A stretch of DNA of 64,000 nucleotides from a virus (Duplodnaviria; Caudoviricetes), in the IMG/VR virus record IMGVR_UViG_2534682207_000010, positions 1 to 64,000 of that record. One strand, 5' to 3'. The notes below the pieces were generated by a model. It saw nothing but the letters and a program-made list of their open reading frames with translations, had not been told where the DNA came from and ran no database searches. Each line of letters opens with the position of its first letter. The stretch's first letter is position 1. Position numbers and translations under genes: made by a program. Below are positions 45,843 to 55,162 of this stretch, in pieces.

Positions 45843-46260
45843 GATAAAGCATTACATGAAGTGGAATTTTATGACAGGCCATATTAGTATTGGGAATCTT
45901 ACAGTATATGGGAGAAATGCCATGCATTGGGGAGTACAACTACATACTAAAAAATACGGGTATATTTGTTTTAGGTTGCCTTTTCTATGTGATGGACATT
46001 GGTGGCCGCTGTATTTCTATTGTAGTCCCAATGCAACACCTTGGGCGGCAACATTTATGATTGGGAAGAAACATGACTACGATGATTGGGCAAAATCAAG
46101 AGTTCGTAGACTTTGCTTAGGGCATAATTTTGATGTTCATGGTTGGAATAAAGAATATGAATGCGAAAATTATGATATTCTTCGTGGCATAAACAGGAGC
46201 CTTGCAACGAGATGTTGGTATTATCAAAAATGGCAGAAAGAACATCCCGAACAGGATTAA
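45832..46260 (+). CDS. Hypothetical phage protein
   Basis: 142 aa, Trp/Tyr-rich. Confidence 0.65.
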   Translation: MWSKIKHYMKWNFMTGHISIGNLTVYGRNAMHWGVQLHTKKYGYICFRLPFLCDGHWWPLYFYCSPNATPWAATFMIGKKHDYDDWAKSRVRRLCLGHNFDVHGWNKEYECENYDILRGINRSLATRCWYYQKWQKEHPEQD

Positions 46261-46341
46261 GTGAAAAATTATGTCGATTTAAACCAGTGCCTAGTGAGCC
46301 TTCGACCTTTGCGAAATAAACAGAGGAAGGAGGCTTTTCTT

Positions 46342-49101
46342 ATGAATTTCCAGGAACACCGGGAATTAATCAAAAAATTAAAGCGGCAGATTACAGAGCC
46401 GCCATCTTTGGACATTTTGCAACTTCTTCTGTCCGAACTTCAATATACGATGCAGGATAACCCGGATTTGGGTGCAGATGAACGAAAATATGTGTTTTCT
46501 TACTCTGGGTTTATCAAACGATGGTCGTTACAGCGACTACAGCAGACGCTTGACCCTCAATGGGACAAGTTATACTGGGATACGATGCTATTTGAAGCCA
46601 GAAACCGTGTGGTGGACAGCTACTTGATTTATCTGGAGAAGAATCGTGACCCAGAAGATAAGTTTTATGAGCCACGCCGCAAGCAATTCTTGAAAATGGG
46701 TTTCACGCAAGCGTTACAGGATTTGATAGATGATGAAATAGATATTTTGAGCATATCTACCGTACCTGGGAGCGGTAAAGAGCAACCTTTGTATAGTAAA
46801 GTCCTTACGCCTAATGGATTTATTCAAATGGGAGAAGTGACTGTTGGTACAGTTGTCCTTACTCCGTGTGGAGATACTGCACGGGTTACAGGAGTCTTTC
46901 CACAAGGCATAAAAGATGTGTATAGAGTATATTTCAACGATGGAACACATGCTGATTGTGGTCTGGAGCATTTATGGAAAGTCCAGAACAGAAATGATAG
47001 GAGAACTGGAAAAGAGCGAGTTATTCCTTTAAAAGATATTCTTAACTCTGTCAGAATCGGTACAGATAGTAGAAAAAATTACTCCATCAACTATGTTGAA
47101 AAGCTAAACTTTGAATTATGCCAAAAAGACATTGACCCGTATGTATTGGGAGTGTTGCTTGGAGATGGGGCATTAGAAAAAGGAGCAAGAATTACTAATG
47201 CAGAAACAGATATTATCGAAAAGGTAAGTTCCAGGTTGAAATCAGGTGAAAGATTATCCTGTCAGAGTACCAAAGGTGTTGATTACGGTATCGTAAATAC
47301 ACATAGAGTTACAGATGAAAAAGGTCATTTGGTAAAAAGCAATACTGTAGCAGCGTTGGAGAATTATGGACTTTTGGGAAAGAAAAGTATTGAAAAATTT
47401 ATTCCAGAAGAATACATGAAAGGGTCTTTTGAAGAACGGATAGAGCTTTTAAGAGGAATTTTAGATGCGGATGGATATGTAGCAAGTGGATATATCGAAT
47501 ATAGCACATCATCAAAACAACTGGGTGAAGATGTCGTATCTTTAGTACGTTCTCTTGGAGGGTATGCAACGGTTAGGAAAAAATGCCCTAGCTATACATA
47601 CAATGGAGAAAAGAAATATGGCAAATATTCATATCGGATTGTAATCCAATTTCCGAAAGATATTGTGCCGGTATCTTCTGAGAAACACTTGAAAAAGTTG
47701 CATGTTAAAAGAAAAAATCTAAAGAAATACATTGAGAAAATTGAATATATCGGGAAATTTCCGTGCCAGTGTATAATGATTGACCACAAAGACCACCTGT
47801 ATATTACAGATGATTATATTGTCACACATAATACCACGCTCGGAGAAATGTTTATTTCTGGGTTCATGGGATGGTTCCCGGATTTGTGTAACCTGTTTTC
47901 ATCCCACAGTGGTCATGTTACCCGGATGGTTTATCAGGTTGTTTGCAATATCATTGGAATTGGTTTGAAGCCTGGACAGATACCGGAATACACATGGAGA
48001 GAAATATTTCCAGATGTTGAGGTAGAAAGCAACAATGCAAACGAACAGGAAATCAATCTTGGAAAGTTTAAGCCATTTAAGACACTGACCTGCAGAGCGT
48101 TGGGAGCTTCACAGACTGGTGTTACCCGATGTGAAGGTATTCTGTATTGTGATGATTTGTGCTCCGGTATCGAAATGGCTCTTTCCAAAATTCGTCTGGA
48201 TAAGCTTTGGACAATGTATAGTACCGACTTAAAAACCCGTAAAAAGAAGGGGAAGAGAGGTAGAAAATGTAAAGAACTTCACATTGCTACCAGATGGTCT
48301 GTATGGGATGTAATTGGGCGTATAAAAACTATCTATCAAAGTAATAAGCGCTGCCGTTTCATTTCAGTGCCGGATATTGACCCGGCAACAGGGGAAAGCA
48401 ATTTTGATTATGATTATGGCGTTGGATTCGATGTGGAGTATTTTGAAGATATCGAAAAGTCGCTGGATGATATTACATATAAGTGTTTATACAAGAATGA
48501 ACCCGTAGAACGCGAGGGAATCCTTTATAATCCAGATATGCTGCGGCGATATTATGGAGAGCTGCCGCCAAAAGAGCCAGATGCTATATGGGCGTTCTGC
48601 GATACAAAAGATACGGGAACGGACTATAACTGTCTAGGGGTGTTTTATCAGTATGGAGAAGATTATTATCTTCATGATGTGGTATTCCAGAGTATTGACC
48701 CGTACCTATTGGATGATTTGAATGCGGACTGTCTGGTGCGGAATGATGTGCAAATCGCGGTATTTGAGAGCAACAAAGAGGGTAGCAGAACCGGCGATAA
48801 GGTTCAGGAAAAAGTAAAAGAAAAGGGCGGACGAACCAGCATTGAAAAGAGATTCACAACCACCAATAAGGAAACAAAGATTATTGTCAATAGTCCGTGG
48901 GTAATTCAGCATGTGCTATTTAAGCACCCGGATTGCTATGAGGTTAAGTCTGATTATGGACAATTCATGTCATGGCTTTGTGCGTATAGCCAGTTGGCAA
49001 AGAATCCGCACGATGACGCACCCGATATGGTAGCCATGTTAGCTGTTTACAGAAGCGGCGGAGGTGTAGCTTCAGCAAAGCCTATGTCACGACCATTCTG
49101 A
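46342..49101 (+). CDS. terL: Terminase large subunit containing an intein
   Basis: Walker A GSGK|TT split by the intein; YCDDL, ATRW, CDTKDTGTD, PHDDAPD nuclease motifs; RBS aaggagg favours ATG 46342. Confidence 0.92.
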   Translation: MNFQEHRELIKKLKRQITEPPSLDILQLLLSELQYTMQDNPDLGADERKYVFSYSGFIKRWSLQRLQQTLDPQWDKLYWDTMLFEARNRVVDSYLIYLEKNRDPEDKFYEPRRKQFLKMGFTQALQDLIDDEIDILSISTVPGSGKEQPLYSKVLTPNGFIQMGEVTVGTVVLTPCGDTARVTGVFPQGIKDVYRVYFNDGTHADCGLEHLWKVQNRNDRRTGKERVIPLKDILNSVRIGTDSRKNYSINYVEKLNFELCQKDIDPYVLGVLLGDGALEKGARITNAETDIIEKVSSRLKSGERLSCQSTKGVDYGIVNTHRVTDEKGHLVKSNTVAALENYGLLGKKSIEKFIPEEYMKGSFEERIELLRGILDADGYVASGYIEYSTSSKQLGEDVVSLVRSLGGYATVRKKCPSYTYNGEKKYGKYSYRIVIQFPKDIVPVSSEKHLKKLHVKRKNLKKYIEKIEYIGKFPCQCIMIDHKDHLYITDDYIVTHNTTLGEMFISGFMGWFPDLCNLFSSHSGHVTRMVYQVVCNIIGIGLKPGQIPEYTWREIFPDVEVESNNANEQEINLGKFKPFKTLTCRALGASQTGVTRCEGILYCDDLCSGIEMALSKIRLDKLWTMYSTDLKTRKKKGKRGRKCKELHIATRWSVWDVIGRIKTIYQSNKRCRFISVPDIDPATGESNFDYDYGVGFDVEYFEDIEKSLDDITYKCLYKNEPVEREGILYNPDMLRRYYGELPPKEPDAIWAFCDTKDTGTDYNCLGVFYQYGEDYYLHDVVFQSIDPYLLDDLNADCLVRNDVQIAVFESNKEGSRTGDKVQEKVKEKGGRTSIEKRFTTTNKETKIIVNSPWVIQHVLFKHPDCYEVKSDYGQFMSWLCAYSQLAKNPHDDAPDMVAMLAVYRSGGGVASAKPMSRPF
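46780..47832 (+). mobile_element. Class-3-type intein with LAGLIDADG homing endonuclease (351 aa)
   Basis: Starts EQPLYSKVLTP, block B DCGLEHLW, block F PCQCIMI, ends VTHN followed by T; LGVLLGDG and LRGILDADG motifs. Confidence 0.9.
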
Positions 49102-49120
49102 ATTAAGGAGGACAAGAATC

Positions 49121-49576
49121 ATGCAAGCTTTGACAAGAGAGTATCTGGCAACTTATGTGTACCTGGAATCTGAAATCAAAAGAATTCGGGGCAGAATAAA
49201 ATATTATGAAAATCATCCGGTTCAGCAACAGTATGGCATCGTAAAAGGCTCTATGAAGCAGTTTCCATTTACTGAATGTCATTTTGTGGTTTCTGGTCCA
49301 ACTATAAAGTCGAACTTAGAACGGGAAAAAATGGTACGCCAGTTGATTATCGACCTCAAAGGTAATGAACAACTTTTTGAAGATATGAAATTAGATATTG
49401 AGACTTTTTTGGAAACACTACCTGCTGAGGATATTGAAATTAAGCATATTTTAGGATTAAAGTATGTAGAACGCAAATCCGATGGAGAAATAGCGAAGAA
49501 ATTGAATTATAGCAGGAGGACCATAGGACTTAAGATTGATAAGTTTCTGAATGCGATTCAAAAAGAAAAGAAGTAG
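49121..49576 (+). CDS. RinA/ArpU-like late transcriptional regulator
   Basis: C-terminal sigma-70 region-4-like HTH (ILGLKYVERKSDGEIAKKLNYSRRTI). Confidence 0.7.
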   Translation: MQALTREYLATYVYLESEIKRIRGRIKYYENHPVQQQYGIVKGSMKQFPFTECHFVVSGPTIKSNLEREKMVRQLIIDLKGNEQLFEDMKLDIETFLETLPAEDIEIKHILGLKYVERKSDGEIAKKLNYSRRTIGLKIDKFLNAIQKEKK

Positions 49577-50025
49577 CAATTTAACAGGTAAAACGAATAC
49601 CAGTGATTTTAACAATTTGAAAAATTCAATTGTCATGGTCAATGTCACTGGATTTGCAATTGGTATTGACGGTAATAATGTTATAATCCAGTGGTTGACC
49701 GGAGTAAATAGAGAATTTGGCTATGCACTTAATATTAGCACCACGGATGGTACAATGCAGTTCTTCTATCGTGAGAATGGTGCGTGGAAACCATCCTGGA
49801 CCAAATAATCATTTTATCCATATTACGGAATCTGTTCCAGTTTTTCTGTCTCTGGATGCATATGTTATTCCATCGTTAGAGAATGTAAGTAAACGTGACC
49901 ATTCTTCGTTAAAAATAAATTCCAGTGTTATCCCTTGGAGGTTTTCGTTTACAAAGATTATCATTTTCTGACAACGGGTGAACGTAAATGACCCAGTACC
50001 TAATTTACTAACTAAATTGCTACTT
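49571..50025. other. Invertible-looking segment: 13-bp inverted repeats around two head-to-head SSNL cassettes
   Basis: AAGTAGCAATTTA at 49571-49583 and its reverse complement at 50013-50025; + frame 49572-49808 (78 aa), - frame 50024-49809 (71 aa); stop codons abut. Confidence 0.75.
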
Positions 50026-50212
50026 TATTCATCTTTGCCACAAATGCCACTTAGGATATGGTAAAATGGTATTAGTAAAAAGTATGCGAGACATCCAAAT
50101 TAAATTAAGGATGTTTGATATAACTATTAATATTGAAATAAATGCAAGCCGTTGAAGGATATAGAAAATCCTCCAACGGCCTTACTTTTTTGACAGAAGA
50201 GGGTAAAAGCTG

Positions 50213-51661
50213 ATGAACAGTAATAGCTTTATTGATTTATGCCATGGACATTTTGGTAGAAAAATTGCATATACGAATGTCGATAGAATTACCAAAGAAA
50301 ATGTTGTTGGTGTCGTTGGTAAGGCTATTTCAGTTCTGAATTACAATCGACCGGCGATACGATATCTTTACGATTACTATAAGGGTGACCAGCCGATTCA
50401 TTACCGTGAAAAGAAAGTGCGGCCTGACATCAATAACAAGACTTGTGAGAATCACGCTCTTGAAATTGTCCGCTTTAGCACCAGTCAGACATATGGGGAG
50501 CCGATACAGTATGTCAGCCGAAAAACAGATAAAAAAATCAATGATGCCGTGGATAAACTAAATGATTACATGAAGGACGCTCATCGGCAGGCCAGAGATA
50601 TCAAGCTTGGAAATTTTCAGAGTGCCGTTGGAACTGCCTACAAGGTAACGCTTAAAGGAAAGTCAACAGATATTGTTCCGTTCCGAATCCATATTCCGAA
50701 TCCGCTGAATACGATTGTTGTGTATTCGGCCAAAGATGATTCAGATATACTTTCCATTCAGGTATTGAAGGATGAAAAAGACGAACAGTATTATCAGTGC
50801 TATTCGGATGATTTATATTTCATCATCAAGGGCGGTAGAGTAATTGATTCTGGAATAAATGGTCTTGGCGGTATTCCGATTGTGGAGTATCCGAATAATC
50901 CGGACAGGCTCTCCGACATTGAAATTGTGATTACGCTTCTCGACCAGATTAACAAAATGCAGTCTGATAGGATGAATGGCATTGAGCAGTTTATTCAGGC
51001 ATTTATGCTTTTTAAGAACTGTGAGATTGATGAGAAGAAGTTTTTACAGATGTGTGACCTTGGTGCTGTGGAGGTTAAAGATTCCGGTCAGGGAATGCAA
51101 TCAGATGTAAAACTCATGACTGCTGAATTAAATCAGGAACAGACACAGGTAGCCAAGGATGATGTGTACCGACAAGTACTTGTCGTTGAGGGTATGCCAG
51201 ACCGACAGCAGAATACCGGCGGAGATACCGGACAGGCGGTTTACCTGCGGAATGGTTGGGATTTTGCGGAACAGCGGGCAAAACTGGATGAACCATTTAC
51301 CATTGAGGCAGAGAAAAAACATGCCAGAATTGTTTTGAATATCATTAAGCAAACAACAAATGATGTTCCTCTGACAGTAAGAGACTTCGATGTGAAGATT
51401 ACTCGAAATTCTACTGATAATATGCTGGTTAAGGCACAGGCGCTGGATTATTTACTGAAAAATAAGATTCATCCGCTGATTGCAATTACTGTATGCGGGC
51501 TGTTTGGTGACCCGGAAAAGGTTTGGACGCAGAGTAAGCCGTACATGGATACCATTTTCAAGACGCAGGAGCAACTTGATATTGAAGCTGAAAAAGAACG
51601 CACATTGGAACTTTTGAAAACAAAGCAAACTAAAACAGTTAAAACAGGAAGAGCCGAGTAG
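50213..51661 (+). CDS. Portal protein (SPP1 type)
   Basis: YYKGDQPI, NHALEIV, GGIPIVEYPNN, LLDQIN..SDRMN, SGQA-like TGQA motifs. Confidence 0.93.
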   Translation: MNSNSFIDLCHGHFGRKIAYTNVDRITKENVVGVVGKAISVLNYNRPAIRYLYDYYKGDQPIHYREKKVRPDINNKTCENHALEIVRFSTSQTYGEPIQYVSRKTDKKINDAVDKLNDYMKDAHRQARDIKLGNFQSAVGTAYKVTLKGKSTDIVPFRIHIPNPLNTIVVYSAKDDSDILSIQVLKDEKDEQYYQCYSDDLYFIIKGGRVIDSGINGLGGIPIVEYPNNPDRLSDIEIVITLLDQINKMQSDRMNGIEQFIQAFMLFKNCEIDEKKFLQMCDLGAVEVKDSGQGMQSDVKLMTAELNQEQTQVAKDDVYRQVLVVEGMPDRQQNTGGDTGQAVYLRNGWDFAEQRAKLDEPFTIEAEKKHARIVLNIIKQTTNDVPLTVRDFDVKITRNSTDNMLVKAQALDYLLKNKIHPLIAITVCGLFGDPEKVWTQSKPYMDTIFKTQEQLDIEAEKERTLELLKTKQTKTVKTGRAE

Positions 51662-51762
51662 GCTTTTCTTTTTTTATATCAAAATGGAGCCATCCGATAA
51701 ATGGCAAAATCCAGCAGGAGCGACCTGCGTTATCAAAAGCGTGGATTAGAAAGGGGAATAAC

Positions 51763-52374
51763 ATGACAAGAGAACAGGCAAAGAAGAATCTGGTTGCGCT
51801 TGGCGTCGAGGAGCCTACTGATGAGCAGGTAACCAATTACCTGAATCAGCACAATGGCGAAGTAAAGAAATATCAGGAAGACGCTGAAAAATGGAAAAAA
51901 GAAGCTGAAAAGGCGGAGGAGCTGCAAAGCAAACTTGATGGTCTTGAGCAGCAGAACCTTACCGAATTGGAAAAGGAGAAGAAAGCCAGAGAGGCAGCGG
52001 AAAAGAGAACGGCAGATTTACAGAAGCAGCTTACAACTTCTGCAGTCGAAGCGATTTTCGCAAAAGCAAACCTTTCCGGCGAGGAGTTTTCCGGGATGAT
52101 TGGCGCATTATCCGGGCTTGATTTGGAGGCGGCAAAGACCAGCGCAGAATCTTTTGTCAATGGAATCTCCAAACGCGACGAAGCGAACAAGACCCAGTGG
52201 CAGAAAGAAACTTTTGACAAAACTCCGAATCCGGGGACCGGAGGCAAATCCGACCCGGCTGGAGGTGGAGAAGAAAAGAGTGCTGCCGCTGAATATGCGA
52301 AACAGTATTCGCAGGAACATAACCCACAGCCGACGGTAGGCAATCCGGTTTTGGCTGCCACAACAACATTTTAA
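51763..52374 (+). CDS. Capsid scaffolding protein
   Basis: Coiled coil, position between portal and capsid, P.PG.GG tail. Confidence 0.8.
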   Translation: MTREQAKKNLVALGVEEPTDEQVTNYLNQHNGEVKKYQEDAEKWKKEAEKAEELQSKLDGLEQQNLTELEKEKKAREAAEKRTADLQKQLTTSAVEAIFAKANLSGEEFSGMIGALSGLDLEAAKTSAESFVNGISKRDEANKTQWQKETFDKTPNPGTGGKSDPAGGGEEKSAAAEYAKQYSQEHNPQPTVGNPVLAATTTF

Positions 52375-52386
52375 GGAGGATATGAC

Positions 52387-52731
52387 ATGGCTTACATGAA
52401 AGTAGAGCAGGGATATAGCCTGCCAAATTTTTTGGAATCTGCCGTTGGCCTGGTTCAGAAAACCGAGATGGTTACCCAGGAGATGGCAACTACAGTTGAC
52501 AACAAGAAGCTTATTTATGCTGGAACGGCATTCCCGTCTAATGATTCCAAGGCAACTGGTATTGTATTTGAAACTGTTGATATGACTGACGATACAAATC
52601 GTCCAGCCAGCGTTATTAAAGCTGGAAGAATCTACGGAAATAGATTAAAGACGCCGTTATCCAGCGAAGCCAAGACAGCTTTGGAGAAAAAAGGATTTGT
52701 AATTCTTGATGCTCCAGAATGTGAATTTTAA
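52387..52731 (+). CDS. Head decoration (cement) protein
   Basis: IYAGTAFPSND..ATGIV..G.IY..RL; precedes the capsid gene. Confidence 0.75.
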   Translation: MAYMKVEQGYSLPNFLESAVGLVQKTEMVTQEMATTVDNKKLIYAGTAFPSNDSKATGIVFETVDMTDDTNRPASVIKAGRIYGNRLKTPLSSEAKTALEKKGFVILDAPECEF

Positions 52732-52745
52732 TTGGAGGTGTAAAG

Positions 52746-54068
52746 ATGCCATTTAATGTATTGGATACAATTAATGTTACAGAGAGATTAAATTTTTCTC
52801 AGAACTTCGCCGTTGCAAGGCCAACCGTTCTGGATACCATTTTCCCTGACGTGAAGACACAGCACTTCAAGGCTGAGTATTACCGGCTGATGCAGGGACA
52901 GAATTTGCCAACTCCTGCATTTGTGCATGCTCTGGATTCCGAGGCGCACATCGGTACCAGGCCGACTTTCGAGAAAGTTCTGACTGAGAAACTGTTTATC
53001 AAGGAGAAAATCAATCAGTCCGAGCAGTTGCAGATGTACATCAACAATGGTGTACCAGATGATGATGGTCTGGTGAACTGGGTGTTTGACGATATGGGCA
53101 GATTGTCCGAGAGCGTTGTTACCCGTACCAAGATTGCCAAAGGTCAGGCAATGAGCCGTGGTGTAATGAAAATCAAGGAAAATAATCTGGATATGTTGAT
53201 TGATTTTGGTGTACCTGCGGCTCATAAAATCACTTTTGGTGATTGGTCTAACCCAGAATATGATATCTTTGGCGATATCATGAAAGCAGTTAAAATGCTG
53301 AAAGATGAGGGGAAAATTCCGTCCAGAATGCTGACCTCTGACACCCAGATTCAGCGAATGAGAAAAAATAAGGGCATCCAGTCCGCAATCTACGGAAACA
53401 TCAATGCTGGAAGACTGGTTACCATGAATGAACTTCGGTCTATCATCATGGAGGAGTTCGGCCTTCAAATTGCTACCTGTGATGAAAGATATGCCTACAT
53501 CAAGGCTGATGGTTCCAGAGTGAATGGTCGCTACTTCGATGAGGACAAGGTTACCTTCTATACGGCGGATGTATCTGGTAGGGCCGGTACTGGTTTGTGG
53601 GGACCGACTCCGGAGGAGGCTGAGTATGCTGCATTCCAGGAAGCATTGCAGAAAATGTTTGTAACCGTGACCATGTGGGCGACCGAAGACCCTGTTGCAA
53701 AATGGACGAAAGCTTCTGGTATGTTTATCCCGGTCCTTCCGGACGTATATGGTATGGTAATCGCTACGGTTACTACTGCTGAGAACACTCTTGGCACTCT
53801 GACTGTGGAATCATCCGCCGGTTCTGCAAGCGGAGCAACGAAACTGACTGTTTCCCCGGCAAAGGCAAGCGGAAATTCATATAAGTATAAAATAGGTGAT
53901 TCCGAAACCGCTGTTGTTTTCGGTCAGAATGTCCAGACCTGGACTGCATGGGATGGCTCTGCTGACATTACAGCGCAGACTGGAAAGACCATTACCGTAG
54001 TTGAGTGCGATTCAGCATACAAGGCTCTGAAAGCCGGTAGCGCAACGGTGACCGCAAAGGCAGGTTGA
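52746..54068 (+). CDS. Major capsid protein (phage capsid E family) with C-terminal Ig-like domain
   Basis: LDTIFP..K, GTGLWGPTPEE, DPV..WTKASG.FIP; C-terminal ~90-aa Ser/Thr/Ala beta domain. Confidence 0.9.
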   Translation: MPFNVLDTINVTERLNFSQNFAVARPTVLDTIFPDVKTQHFKAEYYRLMQGQNLPTPAFVHALDSEAHIGTRPTFEKVLTEKLFIKEKINQSEQLQMYINNGVPDDDGLVNWVFDDMGRLSESVVTRTKIAKGQAMSRGVMKIKENNLDMLIDFGVPAAHKITFGDWSNPEYDIFGDIMKAVKMLKDEGKIPSRMLTSDTQIQRMRKNKGIQSAIYGNINAGRLVTMNELRSIIMEEFGLQIATCDERYAYIKADGSRVNGRYFDEDKVTFYTADVSGRAGTGLWGPTPEEAEYAAFQEALQKMFVTVTMWATEDPVAKWTKASGMFIPVLPDVYGMVIATVTTAENTLGTLTVESSAGSASGATKLTVSPAKASGNSYKYKIGDSETAVVFGQNVQTWTAWDGSADITAQTGKTITVVECDSAYKALKAGSATVTAKAG

Positions 54069-54084
54069 TTGTGAGGTGAAATGA

Positions 54085-54405
54085 GTGGAAGCGGAGATTC
54101 TGGATGATGTAATTACATATCTTGGTGACGAGGTGGCCGAAAAAGATGTGTCGGTTCTGTCCATCTTAATCCAGAGAGCAATCCGAAAAGTATGTGCGAA
54201 ACGGTATCCGTTTGGATACACGGACACGGAGAAAGAGACAGCGGTTGAGCGGTATCGTGATACGATATTTGCCGCCGCTGTTTACTATTGGGCGAAACAA
54301 GGGGCTGATGGTGAAAGTTCTCACAGCGAGAATGGAATCAGCCGAGCATATGAGAAAGAAGACGATATCTATTTTGATGTTGTCCCGATGGCAAAAATTT
54401 TCTGA
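54085..54405 (+). CDS. Head-tail connector (gp15/gp6-like)
   Basis: GADGESSHSENGISRAY motif. Confidence 0.85.
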   Translation: MEAEILDDVITYLGDEVAEKDVSVLSILIQRAIRKVCAKRYPFGYTDTEKETAVERYRDTIFAAAVYYWAKQGADGESSHSENGISRAYEKEDDIYFDVVPMAKIF

Positions 54406-54547
54406 ACCGTATGTAATTCCAAAAGTTGACTCTCCTTTTAAAAGACGGTGCGTGTCTGGCCGATACCTTCCCGGCCGGGCGCAGGGTGTGTGCTGTGAAT
54501 GGTGGTGGGCAAGCGCACTTTTTTTTGTGGAGGTAGTGGAGGTAACG

Positions 54548-55162
54548 ATGAAGATATTTTTCGATACAGAGTTTACAGGATTACATAAAGACACAACGCT
54601 GATAAGTCTTGGTTGCGTGGCAGAGGACGGTAAGACATTTTATGCTGAGTTCACTGATTACGATGGAACTCAATGCAATAACTGGATTCGAGAAAATGTT
54701 ATCCAGCATTTGATTGTTTCAAAAGACGGAATTGACAGGTGGGTGCATTATGCTTCTGAACAGTTAAAGTCCACAGAAGCGTGTGTCAGAACGAACGGAT
54801 ATTGCACGATTATGAGAGGAAATAGGGATTTGATTGCTGTTGAGTTAAGAGATTGGCTCAAGCAATTCGATTCTGTCCAGTTCATTTCTGACGTTTGCCA
54901 TTATGATTTTGTCCTTCTGATTGACCTTTTCGGCACAGCGTTTGACCTGCCGGAGAACGTGTCGGCCAGTTGTCATGACATTAATCAGGATATTTCCCGG
55001 CATTATAGTATTTCTGAAAGAGAAGCCTTTGACAAGTCCAGAGAGGAAATTGTTGCGGAGTTGTGTTCTGGTGAGATTTCAGGCGTTAAGCACAATGCGC
55101 TGTATGACGCAAGAGTGATTAAAGCGATTTATGAGGAAATTTGTGGAGGTAAAGAAGAATGA
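54548..55162 (+). CDS. DEDDh 3'-5' exonuclease-like protein (Rv2179c-like)
   Basis: FFDTEFTG..LISLG..FYAE..YDFVLL..HNALYDA; RBS ggaggt favours ATG 54548. Confidence 0.8.
   Translation: MKIFFDTEFTGLHKDTTLISLGCVAEDGKTFYAEFTDYDGTQCNNWIRENVIQHLIVSKDGIDRWVHYASEQLKSTEACVRTNGYCTIMRGNRDLIAVELRDWLKQFDSVQFISDVCHYDFVLLIDLFGTAFDLPENVSASCHDINQDISRHYSISEREAFDKSREEIVAELCSGEISGVKHNALYDARVIKAIYEEICGGKEE

Noticed and set aside
46780-47832. Group I intron in terL
   Set aside because: The insertion is in frame with no stops and has intein splicing blocks
49551-49808. Frameshift fusion of the RinA-like gene to the SSNL cassette
   Set aside because: It would need a +1 shift, and no canonical signal supports one
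49571-50025. Diversity-generating retroelement TR/VR pair
   Set aside because: The two cassettes are not near-identical copies differing at adenines, and there is no reverse transcriptase in the window
52746-54068. Ig-like capsid extension as a novelty
   Set aside because: C-terminal Ig-like domains on capsid and tail proteins are common in gut phages
54194-54547. N-terminal extension of the exonuclease ORF
   Set aside because: Overlaps the connector gene and a hairpin spacer; the RBS supports ATG 54548
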